Shown here piece by piece: positions 19,100 to 29,265 of a stretch of DNA of 64,000 nt. A program made the translations under genes and the position numbers. Numbering within the stretch: the stretch's first letter is position 1; each line of letters opens with the position of its first letter. Under the pieces are notes generated by a model. That model saw only the letters and a list, made by a program, of their open reading frames with translations, did no database searches and was not told the DNA's origin. The stretch is from the NCBI GenBank assembly GCA_947627215.1, contig CANQVD010000018.1:6250-70249 (forward strand). Reading direction: 5' to 3'. The DNA comes from an uncultured Eisenbergiella sp. Its GTDB lineage: Bacteria; Bacillota; Clostridia; Lachnospirales; Lachnospiraceae.

Positions 19100-21212
19100 G
19101 CCGCTCTCCGTTCTCCTCCAGCGCCTCACAGACCCGCAGCAGCTCGCCCACGCTCCAGGCCTGGGCAAAGCATCCCTTGGGGACCGTCGGCTCCCCGCCG
19201 TCGTAGATCTCCGCCAGTTGCCCCGCACAGCCCTCATATAGGGCGGGCAGAAGCGCCTCCATCTGCTCTCTCACGCGCGCCTTCGCCGTTTCGGAATATC
19301 CGTTCACCTTCAGATATGCCAGATAGTAGCCGCCCAGCGGGAACGTCCAGACCGTCCCCTGATGATAGGCCAGATCTCGGTCCAACTGCGCGCCGCCGTA
19401 AAACGGATGAAACTCCGGATCCGCCGGATCCAGCGACCGCAGGCCGCAGGGCGTATAGAGCCTGCGGAAAACGGTTTCCGTCACCTGCTTTTCCTGCTCC
19501 GGGGACAGCAGGGAAAACGGCAGGGACACCGCCCAGATCTGATTGCAGCGGATCTGATCCTGCGCGCCCGCGTTCCCGTCCGCCGCGATCACGTCCCGCA
19601 GGCAGCCGGTCTTTTCATTCCAGAACAGCGCCGCAAACCGCGCCTTCACCCGGTCCGCCAGCGCGCCGTAGTCCGCAGCCTGTGCGCGGTCCGCCAGCGC
19701 GCCGTAGTCCGCGGCCTGTGCGCGGTCCGCCAGCACGCCTGCCTCCGCGAAGAGCGCCATGATCCGCAGCGCGTTGTACCAGTAGGCATTGATCTCCACC
19801 GGCTTTCCGTGCCGGGGCGTGGGCAGAATGTTTTCCACCCGCACGTCCATCCAGGTCACCTGATCCAGCCCCTGTCCCGCCGTGATCAGACCGTCCTCGT
19901 CCATCCGGATGCCGAAATCCGTCCCCCTCCGATACCAGTCCACGATGTCCGCCATGACCGGCCAGGCCTTCTTCACGAACGCCATGTTTTTTGTCCGGCG
20001 GTAATACGCATAAACCGCCAGAATGAACAGAAGGGAGGCGTCCGCCGTATTGTAGCCGGGCTCCTGCCCGCCCTCCGGGAACAGGTTGGGCATCAGCCCC
20101 TTCCGGCAGTAAGCCATAAAGGTCTCCAGTATGCCCTCAGCCAGCGCATACTGTCTGGTGGAAAGACAGCAGCCCACCAGCGCGATCATCGTATCCCGGC
20201 CCCAATCCTCGAAAAAAGGAAATCCCGCCAGGATGGTGGGCTTACCGGTGGAGGCCCGCTCCGAAATGAACTGCGAGGCCGCCAGGGAAAGCGCCTGCGC
20301 GACGGGTTCCGTATATCCGGCCCGCGCCGCCCATGCCGCCCGGAACGAGCGGACGTTCTGCAGGATCTCCTCCATGGAGGGCAGCGTCTCTTCCATCCCA
20401 TACACCGCTTCCAGCGTCCCGCAGGCCCCTGCCGCCACCGTATAGCGGAGGCGGTGCGTCACCGCCGAGCGTCCCAGCGCCATCTTCCCGTCCCGCACAT
20501 CGTCCGCGTAGTACAGCGTTTCACAGAACCGCTTCGGGACCGCCTCCGCCGTGCCGTTAGTGTGAAAATACAGGCACAGCCCATTGGACTTGATCCGTCC
20601 TCCTTCGCCGCCGGCACACCGCTCCGGCCCATCATCCCCGATCTGCGTAAAAAACACCTGCTCCCGGGACAGCCTGGCTCCCTTGGGCACGAACTGCAGA
20701 TGGGGCAGCACCTCCAGCGTCACCGGCCGGTCGGAACGGTTCTCAATCCGCCAGGTGATGCCCACGGTATTTTTTCCCTGCATCAGCGCGGCCGTGCGCA
20801 CGATCTCCACGCCGCCGACCAGATAACGCCACTGGGGATAATCCTCATAGGTGAACAGCGTCTGATGGACAAAGCCCTCTTCCCGCACGCCCGGCGGCTG
20901 AAACGCCTGGCTGGAGAGCGCGAATCTCCTGCCGCGCGCACGTCCGTCCGCCGATACGCTCCCGCAGCCGCTCTCCCGCTCCCCTGCACCGCATGCCGGG
21001 CCGAATTCCAGCCATTCCTCCAGCCTGTGGATCATATTGTAACGGTGGTTGGGCGGCTGCACGCAGGCCATCAGCATCGCCTGATCGTTCCGGCTGCAGG
21101 AACCCAGAACGGAAAGGGAGGAGAACCCTCCCAGTCCATTGGTCATCAGCCAGCAGTTCTCCTCCCCCCGTTCAAAGGTCATCCAGTCCTTTTTCCCATA
21201 TGTAAACTTCAT
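19077..21212 (-). CDS. Amylo-alpha-1,6-glucosidase (glycogen debranching, GH133-like)
   Basis: 'WLMTNGLGGF', 'AGFPFFEDWGRD', 'TWMD', 'YHQGTVW', 'QAWSVGE'; ATGA overlap with malQ stop. Confidence 0.88.
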   Translation of the reverse strand: MKFTYGKKDWMTFERGEENCWLMTNGLGGFSSLSVLGSCSRNDQAMLMACVQPPNHRYNMIHRLEEWLEFGPACGAGERESGCGSVSADGRARGRRFALSSQAFQPPGVREEGFVHQTLFTYEDYPQWRYLVGGVEIVRTAALMQGKNTVGITWRIENRSDRPVTLEVLPHLQFVPKGARLSREQVFFTQIGDDGPERCAGGEGGRIKSNGLCLYFHTNGTAEAVPKRFCETLYYADDVRDGKMALGRSAVTHRLRYTVAAGACGTLEAVYGMEETLPSMEEILQNVRSFRAAWAARAGYTEPVAQALSLAASQFISERASTGKPTILAGFPFFEDWGRDTMIALVGCCLSTRQYALAEGILETFMAYCRKGLMPNLFPEGGQEPGYNTADASLLFILAVYAYYRRTKNMAFVKKAWPVMADIVDWYRRGTDFGIRMDEDGLITAGQGLDQVTWMDVRVENILPTPRHGKPVEINAYWYNALRIMALFAEAGVLADRAQAADYGALADRAQAADYGALADRVKARFAALFWNEKTGCLRDVIAADGNAGAQDQIRCNQIWAVSLPFSLLSPEQEKQVTETVFRRLYTPCGLRSLDPADPEFHPFYGGAQLDRDLAYHQGTVWTFPLGGYYLAYLKVNGYSETAKARVREQMEALLPALYEGCAGQLAEIYDGGEPTVPKGCFAQAWSVGELLRVCEALEENGERHVSELCV
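19651..19739. repeat. In-frame 36-bp tandem repeat (about 2.5 copies)
   Basis: cggtccgccagcgcgccgtagtccgc(a/g)gcctgtgcg twice plus a partial copy; encodes (ADRAQAADYGAL)n. Confidence 0.95.
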
Positions 21213-22831
21213 ACGATCTCCTCCGCCCTGCCCGTGCCCTCCGGCGCCAGACAAGCCTGTGTCGGCAAAGGCCGCTGCCGCTCTTCCGCCTCGCGTTCCA
21301 ATCTTCTCTGTTCCCGCTTCTGCGCCTCCAGGATTCGAAGCTCCTCCGGCAGACGGGCGGAAATGCGCGTGAGCCGGTAGATCTTCTCCGCCAGCTCGCC
21401 GGTCAGCACGCCCGGCAGCAGCCGCCACGTCCAGTTGCTTCCCAGCGTAGAAGGATGATTGAGCCGCGCTTCCTCTCCCAGCCCCAGGTAATCCTGAACA
21501 GGGACCACACAGGTATCAGCGGTGCTCATCATGGCCAGCCGGATGAAATCCCAGTACCGTTCCGCCTCCGGCGTGGCGGCATTGTTCATATACTCCTGCG
21601 CGAATTCTCTGCTCTCCGCGTCCAGCCCCCGGTACCACTGCACCAGCGTCTCATTGTCATGCGTGCCAGTGTAAACCACACAGTTGCGGTCATAGCTGTG
21701 CGGCAGATAATCCGACTCCTCCCGCGGGTCGAAGGCGAATTCGATCACCTTCATCCCCGGATAGCCGCTGTCCGCCAGCAGCTTCTGTACGGAGGGCGTC
21801 AAAAAACCCAAGTCCTCCGCAATGATCTCCTTCTTTCCCAGCTTTTCGTTCAGCGTGCGGAACAGCTCGATTCCCGGCCCCTTTTCCCAGTGGCCTCCCC
21901 TGGCCGTCCGATCCTCGTAGGGAATGCTGTAATACGCGTCGAATCCCCGGAAATGGTCGATCCGCACCACGTCGTAAAGCTTGAAGCAATGGGCGAGCCG
22001 TCTGCACCACCAGTCATATCCGGTCTGCCGGTGGTACTCCCAGCGGTATAACGGATTTCCCCAGAGCTGTCCGTCCGCGGAAAAAGCGTCCGGCGGGCAC
22101 CCAGCCACGGACGCGGGCATCCCGTCCGCGCCGAACTCAAACAGCTCCGGCGACGCCCAGGCATCCGCGGAATCCAGCGCCACATAGATGGGCACGTCCC
22201 CGATGATCCGGATGCCGTTTTCGTTGGCATACCGCTTCAGCTCCTTCCATTGCTTCCAGAACAGATACTGCGTATATTTATAAAACTCGATCTCGAAATA
22301 GCATTCTCTTCTGTAATAATCCAGCGAATATCCCCAGCGCTTCCGGATATCCTCCGCCCACTCGAAAAAGGGTGCGCCGCCGAACCGCTTTTTCACCGCC
22401 ATGAAGAGAGCATAATCGTCCAGCCAGTCCGCATTCTCCCGCACGAACCCGATGAAATCCGGGTCTGTCCCGATTCCGCTGCGCGAATAGGCCAGCCGCA
22501 GCAGAGAAAGCCGGTTCTCATACAGCTTCCCGTAATCGACCCGGGCCGGGTCGCTCCCGAAATCCGCGCTTTCGCATTCCGTCCGGGTCAGAAGCCCTTC
22601 CGCCTCCAGCGCCTCCAGATCGATGAAATAAGGATTCCCCGCAAAGGAAGAAAACCCCTGATACGGGGAATCCCCGTAGCCGGTGGGAGAAAGCGGCAGC
22701 ACCTGCCAGTAGCTCTGTCCCGCTTTTTTCAGAAAATCGATCCATTCCCGCGCTTCCCCGGAAAAGCAACCAATCCCGTACCGGGACGGCAGACTGGATA
22801 CCGGAAGCAGGATGCCGCTCGCTCTTTTCAT
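21209..22831 (-). CDS. malQ: 4-alpha-glucanotransferase (amylomaltase, GH77)
   Basis: 'GCPPDAFSADGQLWGNP', 'RIDHFRG', 'AEDLG', 'YTGTHDN', 'NHPST'. Confidence 0.95.
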   Translation of the reverse strand: MKRASGILLPVSSLPSRYGIGCFSGEAREWIDFLKKAGQSYWQVLPLSPTGYGDSPYQGFSSFAGNPYFIDLEALEAEGLLTRTECESADFGSDPARVDYGKLYENRLSLLRLAYSRSGIGTDPDFIGFVRENADWLDDYALFMAVKKRFGGAPFFEWAEDIRKRWGYSLDYYRRECYFEIEFYKYTQYLFWKQWKELKRYANENGIRIIGDVPIYVALDSADAWASPELFEFGADGMPASVAGCPPDAFSADGQLWGNPLYRWEYHRQTGYDWWCRRLAHCFKLYDVVRIDHFRGFDAYYSIPYEDRTARGGHWEKGPGIELFRTLNEKLGKKEIIAEDLGFLTPSVQKLLADSGYPGMKVIEFAFDPREESDYLPHSYDRNCVVYTGTHDNETLVQWYRGLDAESREFAQEYMNNAATPEAERYWDFIRLAMMSTADTCVVPVQDYLGLGEEARLNHPSTLGSNWTWRLLPGVLTGELAEKIYRLTRISARLPEELRILEAQKREQRRLEREAEERQRPLPTQACLAPEGTGRAEEIV

Positions 22832-24834
22832 ACCGCTATGTCCTCCTGAAGAACTTTTCTCCCCAGCATCATACCGCTTTTTGCCTCAACAGGCAAGTTG
22901 CCGTCCCGCAAAAAGGCTTTTTTGCGGCAATCGGCTTCTTCTCCGTCAGCGAGGACCGTCCACTGTCCCTCCGGAACATTCACCAGAGCGACCGTATCCC
23001 CCGCGTTATAAACGATGAAAAGCTCCGGCCAGGGGCACTCCTCCTGCCGCCCCGGCAGCGGCGCATTGTCCACCGTAAACGACACCACCCCGGAGCCGTG
23101 TATGGTCTCCCGCCCGATCCGCTCCGCGGCTCCCGGAGATTTGTCATACAGGCCCGGCAGACGCTTGCGCAGACGGATCAGTCCCCTGTAATAGGAGATC
23201 AGATCGGCAAACTCCACCGTCTGCTTCCAGCGCAGCATATTGATCTCCGGCCTGGACCGGTAGCTGTTGCTGTCTCCCAGCTTGCTGCGGCCGAACTCCT
23301 CTCCGGCCAGCATGAAGAGATTGCCCTGACAGGTGAAATACACGAAGGCCGCCAGCCTGTTGGCGGACAGCACATCCTCATACTTCGTCAGAAACAGCTC
23401 CGACAGCGCACTGCCCGGCAGCCCGCCGTCCCCGAAAAACCGCTGCCCGCGCATGGAGATCACCAGCTTATCCCACAGCGTGTAATTATCGTGCGCAGAA
23501 ACATAGTTGACGATCTGGGAACAGCTCTTGGGCCGGAAGGTCTGCTGATCCTTCCGCCATCCGCTCACGGCCCGCAGCACGTTTTCCTCCAGCCCGGTGC
23601 CGCCGTTCACGAAGCCCGGCACCTCGCCGTAGAACACATGCCCCTTGATCACGTCCCGGGTGTCGTCGCTGAACACGGAGATCCCCTCGTCCAGATGCGC
23701 CACGTTGTCCTTTAAGGAAGCCATGGTCCCCGTCTCCATGGGGGATTCATTGGCCCGCCAGGGCTCCCCGTAGACCAGCTTTTCTCCGGGTCCGTAGATC
23801 TCGTCCAGGCTGCGGCGGATCCGGTTCATCAGCTCCACCGTCAAAAGCCCCATGAGATCGAACCGGAACCCATCTATATGATATTCCCTCGCCCAGAACA
23901 GCACGGACTGGACGATGTAATTGTCCACCATGGCCCGTCCCGCGGCGATATCGTTCCCGCAGGCGGAGCCGTCCGAAAGACTCCCGTCCTTCCAGCAGCG
24001 GTAATAATAGCCGGGGACCATCCGTTCCAGCCAGGAATCCTGATGATAGGTGTGATTGTATACCACGTCCATGATCACGCGGATGCCGTTTTTGTGCAGC
24101 GACTGGATCATTTCCTTGCACTCCCGGATCCGCACCAGACCGTCAAAGGGATCCGTGGAATAGGAGCCCTCCGGCACATTGTAATTGACGGGATCGTAGC
24201 CCCAGTTGTACTGGCGCAGCTCTCCCGCTTCATCCAGCGCGCCGTAATCGAAGATCGGCAGAAGATGCACGTGCGTGATGCCCAGGGATTTCAAATAGCC
24301 CACACAGGTCGGATAGGGAGCGTCCGGCTCCTCCACCGTGAACGCCTTGAACTTTCCCCGATACTGTTCCGGGATCCCGCTGTCGGGATCGTAGGAAAAA
24401 TCCTTCACATGGAGCTCATAGATGATCCGCTCCGTCTCTGGCGGCGGCGCACAGTCCTCTCCGAAGCCCTCCGGATCCGTCCGCGCCAGCTCCACGGCCA
24501 TGCTGCGCCTTCCGTTGCAGCTACAGCCCACCGCGTAAGGGTCCGCCGTGCGCCGCGCTTTTCCGCCGATCCAGACCAGATAATCGTAATAGAAGCCGTG
24601 CAGATTTTCCGCCGTCTCGTATTTCCAGGTCCCCTGCCCGTCCGGATGCAGTGGCCTGGACGTGAATACATCCGTCTCCCCGTCCGCGAAAAGACGCAGC
24701 TCCACCTTTTCCGCCAGAGGGCTCCACACCTTAAAAACGGAACCCGCCGGAGAACAGACAGCGCCCAGATCGCTCCCCTCATATCGATACAGTTTATCCA
24801 TCTGTGTGATATCCCTGCAATTCGCCTCTGTCAT
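22828..24834 (-). CDS. pulA: Type I pullulanase (GH13)
   Basis: 'YNWGYDP', 'DVVYNH', 'DGFRFDLMG', 'YGEPW', 'SAHDN'; no signal peptide. Confidence 0.9.
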   Translation of the reverse strand: MTEANCRDITQMDKLYRYEGSDLGAVCSPAGSVFKVWSPLAEKVELRLFADGETDVFTSRPLHPDGQGTWKYETAENLHGFYYDYLVWIGGKARRTADPYAVGCSCNGRRSMAVELARTDPEGFGEDCAPPPETERIIYELHVKDFSYDPDSGIPEQYRGKFKAFTVEEPDAPYPTCVGYLKSLGITHVHLLPIFDYGALDEAGELRQYNWGYDPVNYNVPEGSYSTDPFDGLVRIRECKEMIQSLHKNGIRVIMDVVYNHTYHQDSWLERMVPGYYYRCWKDGSLSDGSACGNDIAAGRAMVDNYIVQSVLFWAREYHIDGFRFDLMGLLTVELMNRIRRSLDEIYGPGEKLVYGEPWRANESPMETGTMASLKDNVAHLDEGISVFSDDTRDVIKGHVFYGEVPGFVNGGTGLEENVLRAVSGWRKDQQTFRPKSCSQIVNYVSAHDNYTLWDKLVISMRGQRFFGDGGLPGSALSELFLTKYEDVLSANRLAAFVYFTCQGNLFMLAGEEFGRSKLGDSNSYRSRPEINMLRWKQTVEFADLISYYRGLIRLRKRLPGLYDKSPGAAERIGRETIHGSGVVSFTVDNAPLPGRQEECPWPELFIVYNAGDTVALVNVPEGQWTVLADGEEADCRKKAFLRDGNLPVEAKSGMMLGRKVLQEDIAV

Positions 24835-24997
24835 GGATGGTTCTCCCGTAAAAAACAATATGGAATCAGAAGGCGGGGGCTTTTGGCCCTCGCCTCCCTG
24901 TTTTCACTGTCTGTTTCCGGGGCCCGGCAAAAACCGCTTCCGCGGTCAGCCTTCCCCAACGCCTCCGCGCCCGGCCAAACGCCCGCCGGTCCCGCAG

Positions 24998-25849
24998 TCA
25001 GCCTTTTACCGCACCTGTCACGCCTTCCACATAGCACTTCTGGGTCAGCAGGAACAGGATGGAGATCGGAATGGAGATCACCACACAGCCCGCATAGAAC
25101 TGCGTATAATAATACTCCACATATTCCTTTTCCAGCATCGTCCACAGCCCGATGGCGATGGTATAATACTGGGTATCGTTGCCCATGATGACCTTGGCGA
25201 AAATGTAATCCACCCAGGGCCCCATAAAGGAAGTCAGCAGCGTGTAGGTGATGATGGGCTTCGACATGGGAAGCGTCACATGGATGAAGGTATCCCATTT
25301 CGTCGCGCCGTCGATATAGGCGGCCTCATCGATGCTCTTGGGGATCGTGTCAAAGAAGCCCTTCGCCATATAAAAACCCAGCCCAGCACCGCCGGAATAG
25401 ACCAGCACCAGCGCCACCTGTTTTAAGACGCCCGTCTCCAAAAAGCCCAGGCCCTTTAAGATGTAGTAAACGGCGATCATGGACATGAAGCCGGGGAACA
25501 TGCCCAGGATCAGGGCGATGTTCAGGAATGTCTTGCGCATCTTAAAGCGCAGACGGCTCATGACGTAGGATACGCACAGCACGAAGAACGCGGAGATCAG
25601 CGTGGAAAAGATCGCGATGACCAGCGTGTTGGCGAACCACCTGGGGAAGTTCACATTGCTGTTTCCGGCAAACAGATTGACGTAATTGTCCAGCGTATAG
25701 CCCCGCGGCCAGATATAGCTCTTGTAGGAACCGCCCTCTTTCCGGAAGGAAGTCAGCACCACGTAAAAGATCGGCAGGACCCAGATAAAGCTCAGGATCG
25801 CAAGCAGAATATGGCAGGCCGTATTGGTAATAAATCTCTTCGTCTTCAT
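24998..25849 (-). CDS. Maltodextrin ABC permease (MalG-like)
   Basis: EAA motif 'EAAYIDGA'; six TM segments. Confidence 0.9.
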   Translation of the reverse strand: MKTKRFITNTACHILLAILSFIWVLPIFYVVLTSFRKEGGSYKSYIWPRGYTLDNYVNLFAGNSNVNFPRWFANTLVIAIFSTLISAFFVLCVSYVMSRLRFKMRKTFLNIALILGMFPGFMSMIAVYYILKGLGFLETGVLKQVALVLVYSGGAGLGFYMAKGFFDTIPKSIDEAAYIDGATKWDTFIHVTLPMSKPIITYTLLTSFMGPWVDYIFAKVIMGNDTQYYTIAIGLWTMLEKEYVEYYYTQFYAGCVVISIPISILFLLTQKCYVEGVTGAVKG

Positions 25850-27243
25850 TATTGGAACGCCCCCTCATCTTTATACGAACCGGTATGCCGGTAAGTGAGC
25901 AGTGACACGGTGGCCAGTATGATGAACACCAGGATACCGATGACGGCGCCCAGGTTGTAGTCCTTCTGGGTGATGGTCAGCCGGTACAGCCAAGTGACCA
26001 GCAGGTCCGTCTTTCCTGCGTAGTAGTAATCCAGGGAATCCGGTCCGCCTCCCGACAGCAGGAAGATCACGTTGAAGTTGTTGATGTTGCCTGTGAAGGA
26101 GGTGATCAGGTTGGGCGTCATGATGAACACCATATAGGGAAGGGTGATCTTCCGGAAAATGGTGGGTGCGCTGGCGCCGTCGATCTTGGCCGCCTCATAC
26201 AGCTCCGCCGGGATATTCTGCAGAATGCCCGTGGTGGAAAGCATGGTGAAGGGCACGCCGATCCAGATGTTGATGCAGATGATCGTGATCTTCGCGTACA
26301 GCGGATCGGTGAAAAACGGGATGGACGAGGTCGCGCCGATGATGCCGAGCTCGCGCAGCATCACGTTCACGGGACCGTTGGCATTGAAGATCGTCCGCAT
26401 GCTCAGCAGGGTGACGAACTGCGGCACCGCCACGGAAAGCACGAACATGAAGCGCCAAAAGCCCTTGCAGCGGGTGCCCTTGCGGTTGATCAGGAGGGCC
26501 AGCAGAAGCCCCAGGATATAGCAGGTGGAGGTCGCCAGCACGGCCCAGATCAGCGTCCAGGACAGGACGGGCCAGAAGGTGGCCGCCAGCTTGCTGCCCT
26601 GCGAGAACATGGATGAAAAGTTCTGCAGTCCCACCCAGTCAAACAGGTTGCCGGGCGGCTGATGCTCGTGATCGTAGCTCGTAAAGGCGATCAGGATCAT
26701 GAATACCAGCGGTACGATGGTAAATACCACAATGCCGATGATGGGCAGCGTCAGGAAGAAAGCGTGCAGGTTCTCTTCCTTTAAGGAACGCAGATCATCC
26801 CGGAATGTGGGGATGTGCTGTTTGTGCTCCTTGCGGAACTGCGTCGCGTAAGCGCTTTTCCCGGACATGCAGCCGATGAAGATGATGGCCGCCGTCAGGA
26901 ACAGCGTGATGACGCCGTACAGCAGACAGAGCATGGAATTGTCGCCGGTAGAATACTCGTAGATCCCCAGCGCTTCATTATATACCTGCCCCTGCTCCAG
27001 GGTGCCCAGCGTGATGAAATCGCCGATGGCGCCGATGCCGAAGCCGAAAAGATAAGCCAGATAACCGATCTCCATTGCCAGGAAGATCAGGCCCCTGACG
27101 ATCTGTTTATTCAGAATATTGCCCAGGCCAAAGATCACAAAGGAGAGCTTTGTGACCGCATCGCCGTTTTTGAAGGCCTGCCGCACCGAAGCGTCGCTGC
27201 CTTTGTAATAGACGGGCTCTTCTTTTTTCTTAAAGATTCCCAT
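25849..27243 (-). CDS. Maltodextrin ABC permease (MalF-like)
   Basis: 'EAAKIDGA', 'NNFNVIFLL..GGP'. Confidence 0.9.
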   Translation of the reverse strand: MGIFKKKEEPVYYKGSDASVRQAFKNGDAVTKLSFVIFGLGNILNKQIVRGLIFLAMEIGYLAYLFGFGIGAIGDFITLGTLEQGQVYNEALGIYEYSTGDNSMLCLLYGVITLFLTAAIIFIGCMSGKSAYATQFRKEHKQHIPTFRDDLRSLKEENLHAFFLTLPIIGIVVFTIVPLVFMILIAFTSYDHEHQPPGNLFDWVGLQNFSSMFSQGSKLAATFWPVLSWTLIWAVLATSTCYILGLLLALLINRKGTRCKGFWRFMFVLSVAVPQFVTLLSMRTIFNANGPVNVMLRELGIIGATSSIPFFTDPLYAKITIICINIWIGVPFTMLSTTGILQNIPAELYEAAKIDGASAPTIFRKITLPYMVFIMTPNLITSFTGNINNFNVIFLLSGGGPDSLDYYYAGKTDLLVTWLYRLTITQKDYNLGAVIGILVFIILATVSLLTYRHTGSYKDEGAFQ

Positions 27244-27509
27244 GGAAAACCTCCTGCCTGATCATGTTGCGGTGGGTCCTCCCAGCGGACCCTCTCATAA
27301 GACGCGGCCTCACGGTCTGATGTTATGTAAATGCGGCGGATGACTCGCCGTGGGAACTGCCCTCCGCACGCGGGGAAGTTCCGGCCGCCTTTGAAAACAG
27401 GGATGCCGGATGAAGGGCATCCCTGTGCAATTTCTCCCTCTGCGGGAAACGGCCCGTGCCGCTCCGCAGTTTCGGGAAACAGTGCAGATCGCTATCCGAT
27501 CCGGGAAAC

Positions 27510-27562
27510 TTCTCAATCCGCTGTGCAGATTGAGAAATAGCGCAGATCGCTGTGCGATCTGC
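27510..27562 (-). promoter_or_regulatory. Twin stem-loops directly after the solute-binding protein gene
   Basis: GCAGATCGC/GCGATCTGC (27542-27562) and TTCTCAATC/GATTGAGAA (27510-27536). Confidence 0.6.
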
Positions 27563-27563
27563 T

Positions 27564-28880
27564 TTACTCAGCAGTCATAGAGGATACGAACGCATCCAGC
27601 TTCTCCTGCACGTTGTCCTTCGTGATCTCGCCGCTTCTGATCTCGGTCGGGATCGCATTGGCATAGGTCCAGTATCTGGTGGAGAACGTCGTGTTGGTGG
27701 GCTGCGCCACGCTGGCGGTATTCGCCTCGGCTACGATAACGGCCGCCAGAGGATCGCTGGTCACCTTCTCATCCGCGCCCGCCGTGATATTGGTCGGGAT
27801 CTGGCCGGAGAGCTCATAACGCAGCATCTGGTTCTCCTCGTTGCCAAGGAACGTCGCGAAAGCAACCGCCGCCGCCATGTTCTTGGACTGCGCGTTGACA
27901 CCGATGCACTTGGAGCCGTAGAAGCCAAGCAACTGGTAATCGTTGCCGTCAGGATTGAAGGTCGGAATCACGCCCAGGCCGAGATCGTCGCCCAGGATGC
28001 CCTTGTACAGATCGTAGTTCCAGGAACCGTCGAACCAGACGCCCAGTCTGTGATCCTCGATCAGCTCGGATACGGAGATCTCACCGTCGTAGGCGACCTT
28101 CGGGTTGTTGATCAGGTCGATCAGGTAATTGGTGACCGCAACGCCTGTCTCATTGTTCCAGTCCACACCGGCGGAAAGATCGCTGCCGTCAGGCCCGAAG
28201 ATGCTCAGGCCGGCGCCGTAGTAGTAAGCGCCCAGCTTCCAGCCGCCCGCGGATTCAAAGTAGAAGTTGTAAACGTTGTCCGCGGTGTCCTTGCTCACGA
28301 TGCCCTCAAGGGTCTTGACATCGTTCTCGTCCATCAGGGTCTTGTCATAGAACATGAAGAACGTGTTGTGCGTGAAGGGGATGCCGTAAAGCGCATCGCC
28401 GACCTTGGCGGTGGCGACGACCGCTTCCGCGTTGGTCTCGTTCACCATGGTCTCGGTTTCGCCTCCCAGACGGGCGATGGCACCGGCGTTCACCAGCTCT
28501 TCCAACTGGTCATTGGCGAAGAAGAAAACATCCGCCGCCGCGCCTACATCCTTCAGGATCTGCTCCTTCGCGGTATCCTCGCCGACGATCTCCGTCGTCC
28601 AGGTGATGTTGTACTCAGGATGCGCCGCCGCAAACGCCTCCTGCTGCTGCTCCATGGTCTTGGTATCGACCTGGTTCTGCGGGCACCATACCTTCAGAGC
28701 CACATCCTGCACCTCCGCAGGAGCTTCCTGCGCGGCCGCGCCCTCAGAAGAAGCGCTTCCGGAAGAAGAACTGCCGGAGGATGCGCTGCCGGAAGAAGAA
28801 TTCCCGGAACCGCAGCCGACCAGCATCGCCGCCGTCATGGTAACGACCATCAGAGCGGCAAGTACCTTTTTCAGTTTCAT
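27564..28880 (-). CDS. Maltodextrin-binding lipoprotein (MalE/MalX-like)
   Basis: Lipobox 'LVGC', Ser-rich linker, 'DVFFFANDQL', 'WFDGSWN'. Confidence 0.88.
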   Translation of the reverse strand: MKLKKVLAALMVVTMTAAMLVGCGSGNSSSGSASSGSSSSGSASSEGAAAQEAPAEVQDVALKVWCPQNQVDTKTMEQQQEAFAAAHPEYNITWTTEIVGEDTAKEQILKDVGAAADVFFFANDQLEELVNAGAIARLGGETETMVNETNAEAVVATAKVGDALYGIPFTHNTFFMFYDKTLMDENDVKTLEGIVSKDTADNVYNFYFESAGGWKLGAYYYGAGLSIFGPDGSDLSAGVDWNNETGVAVTNYLIDLINNPKVAYDGEISVSELIEDHRLGVWFDGSWNYDLYKGILGDDLGLGVIPTFNPDGNDYQLLGFYGSKCIGVNAQSKNMAAAVAFATFLGNEENQMLRYELSGQIPTNITAGADEKVTSDPLAAVIVAEANTASVAQPTNTTFSTRYWTYANAIPTEIRSGEITKDNVQEKLDAFVSSMTAE

Positions 28881-28940
28881 TGTTTTTCCCTCCTTATTTG
28901 TTTGTGAAACATTAGGTTTCGTAGAGTTTTGCTCTTTTTT

Positions 28941-28969
28941 AGATTAACACAGGTTTAAAAAGTAGTCAA
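28941..28969 (-). promoter_or_regulatory. Sigma-A promoter of the mal operon
   Basis: TTGACT-17-TAATCT with extended -10 TG. Confidence 0.6.
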
Positions 28970-29175
28970 GGCGGCGTTTTTGGTGTTTTGTATACTTTTT
29001 GTCATGTTTTGCACGGTTTTTGTGCATTTTCACTCCGTTTTCGAATCTTTTTCGCTCTTTTGTTTCGAAACTTTTTGTTTCGTTTTTTCGCGTCGGAGCC
29101 GCGGACAATTCCTTTTTTCCGGCGCTCCGGCGCGGGATTTCCGAAAAGACGCCCTCCAAAGTTTAGAGGGTTCCC

Positions 29176-29204
29176 TTGTTTTTTTCCGTCTCTCCTGCTA
29201 TAAT
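29176..29204 (+). promoter_or_regulatory. Sigma-A promoter of the LacI gene
   Basis: TTGTTT-17-TATAAT with extended -10 TG. Confidence 0.65.
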
Positions 29205-29265
29205 AAATTCGCCGAAAAAAATTTCATTCGTCATTTTTCACAAAATTTACAGGGAGGGATCCGCC

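Noticed and set aside
27443-27509. CGGGAAAC x3 as a CRISPR or other guide array
   Set aside because: The repeat is only 8 bp and no nuclease gene is nearby. It is kept only as a low-level structural observation.
28941-28950. ATTAACA as another GTTAAC-type operator
   Set aside because: It coincides with the extended -10 of the mal promoter.
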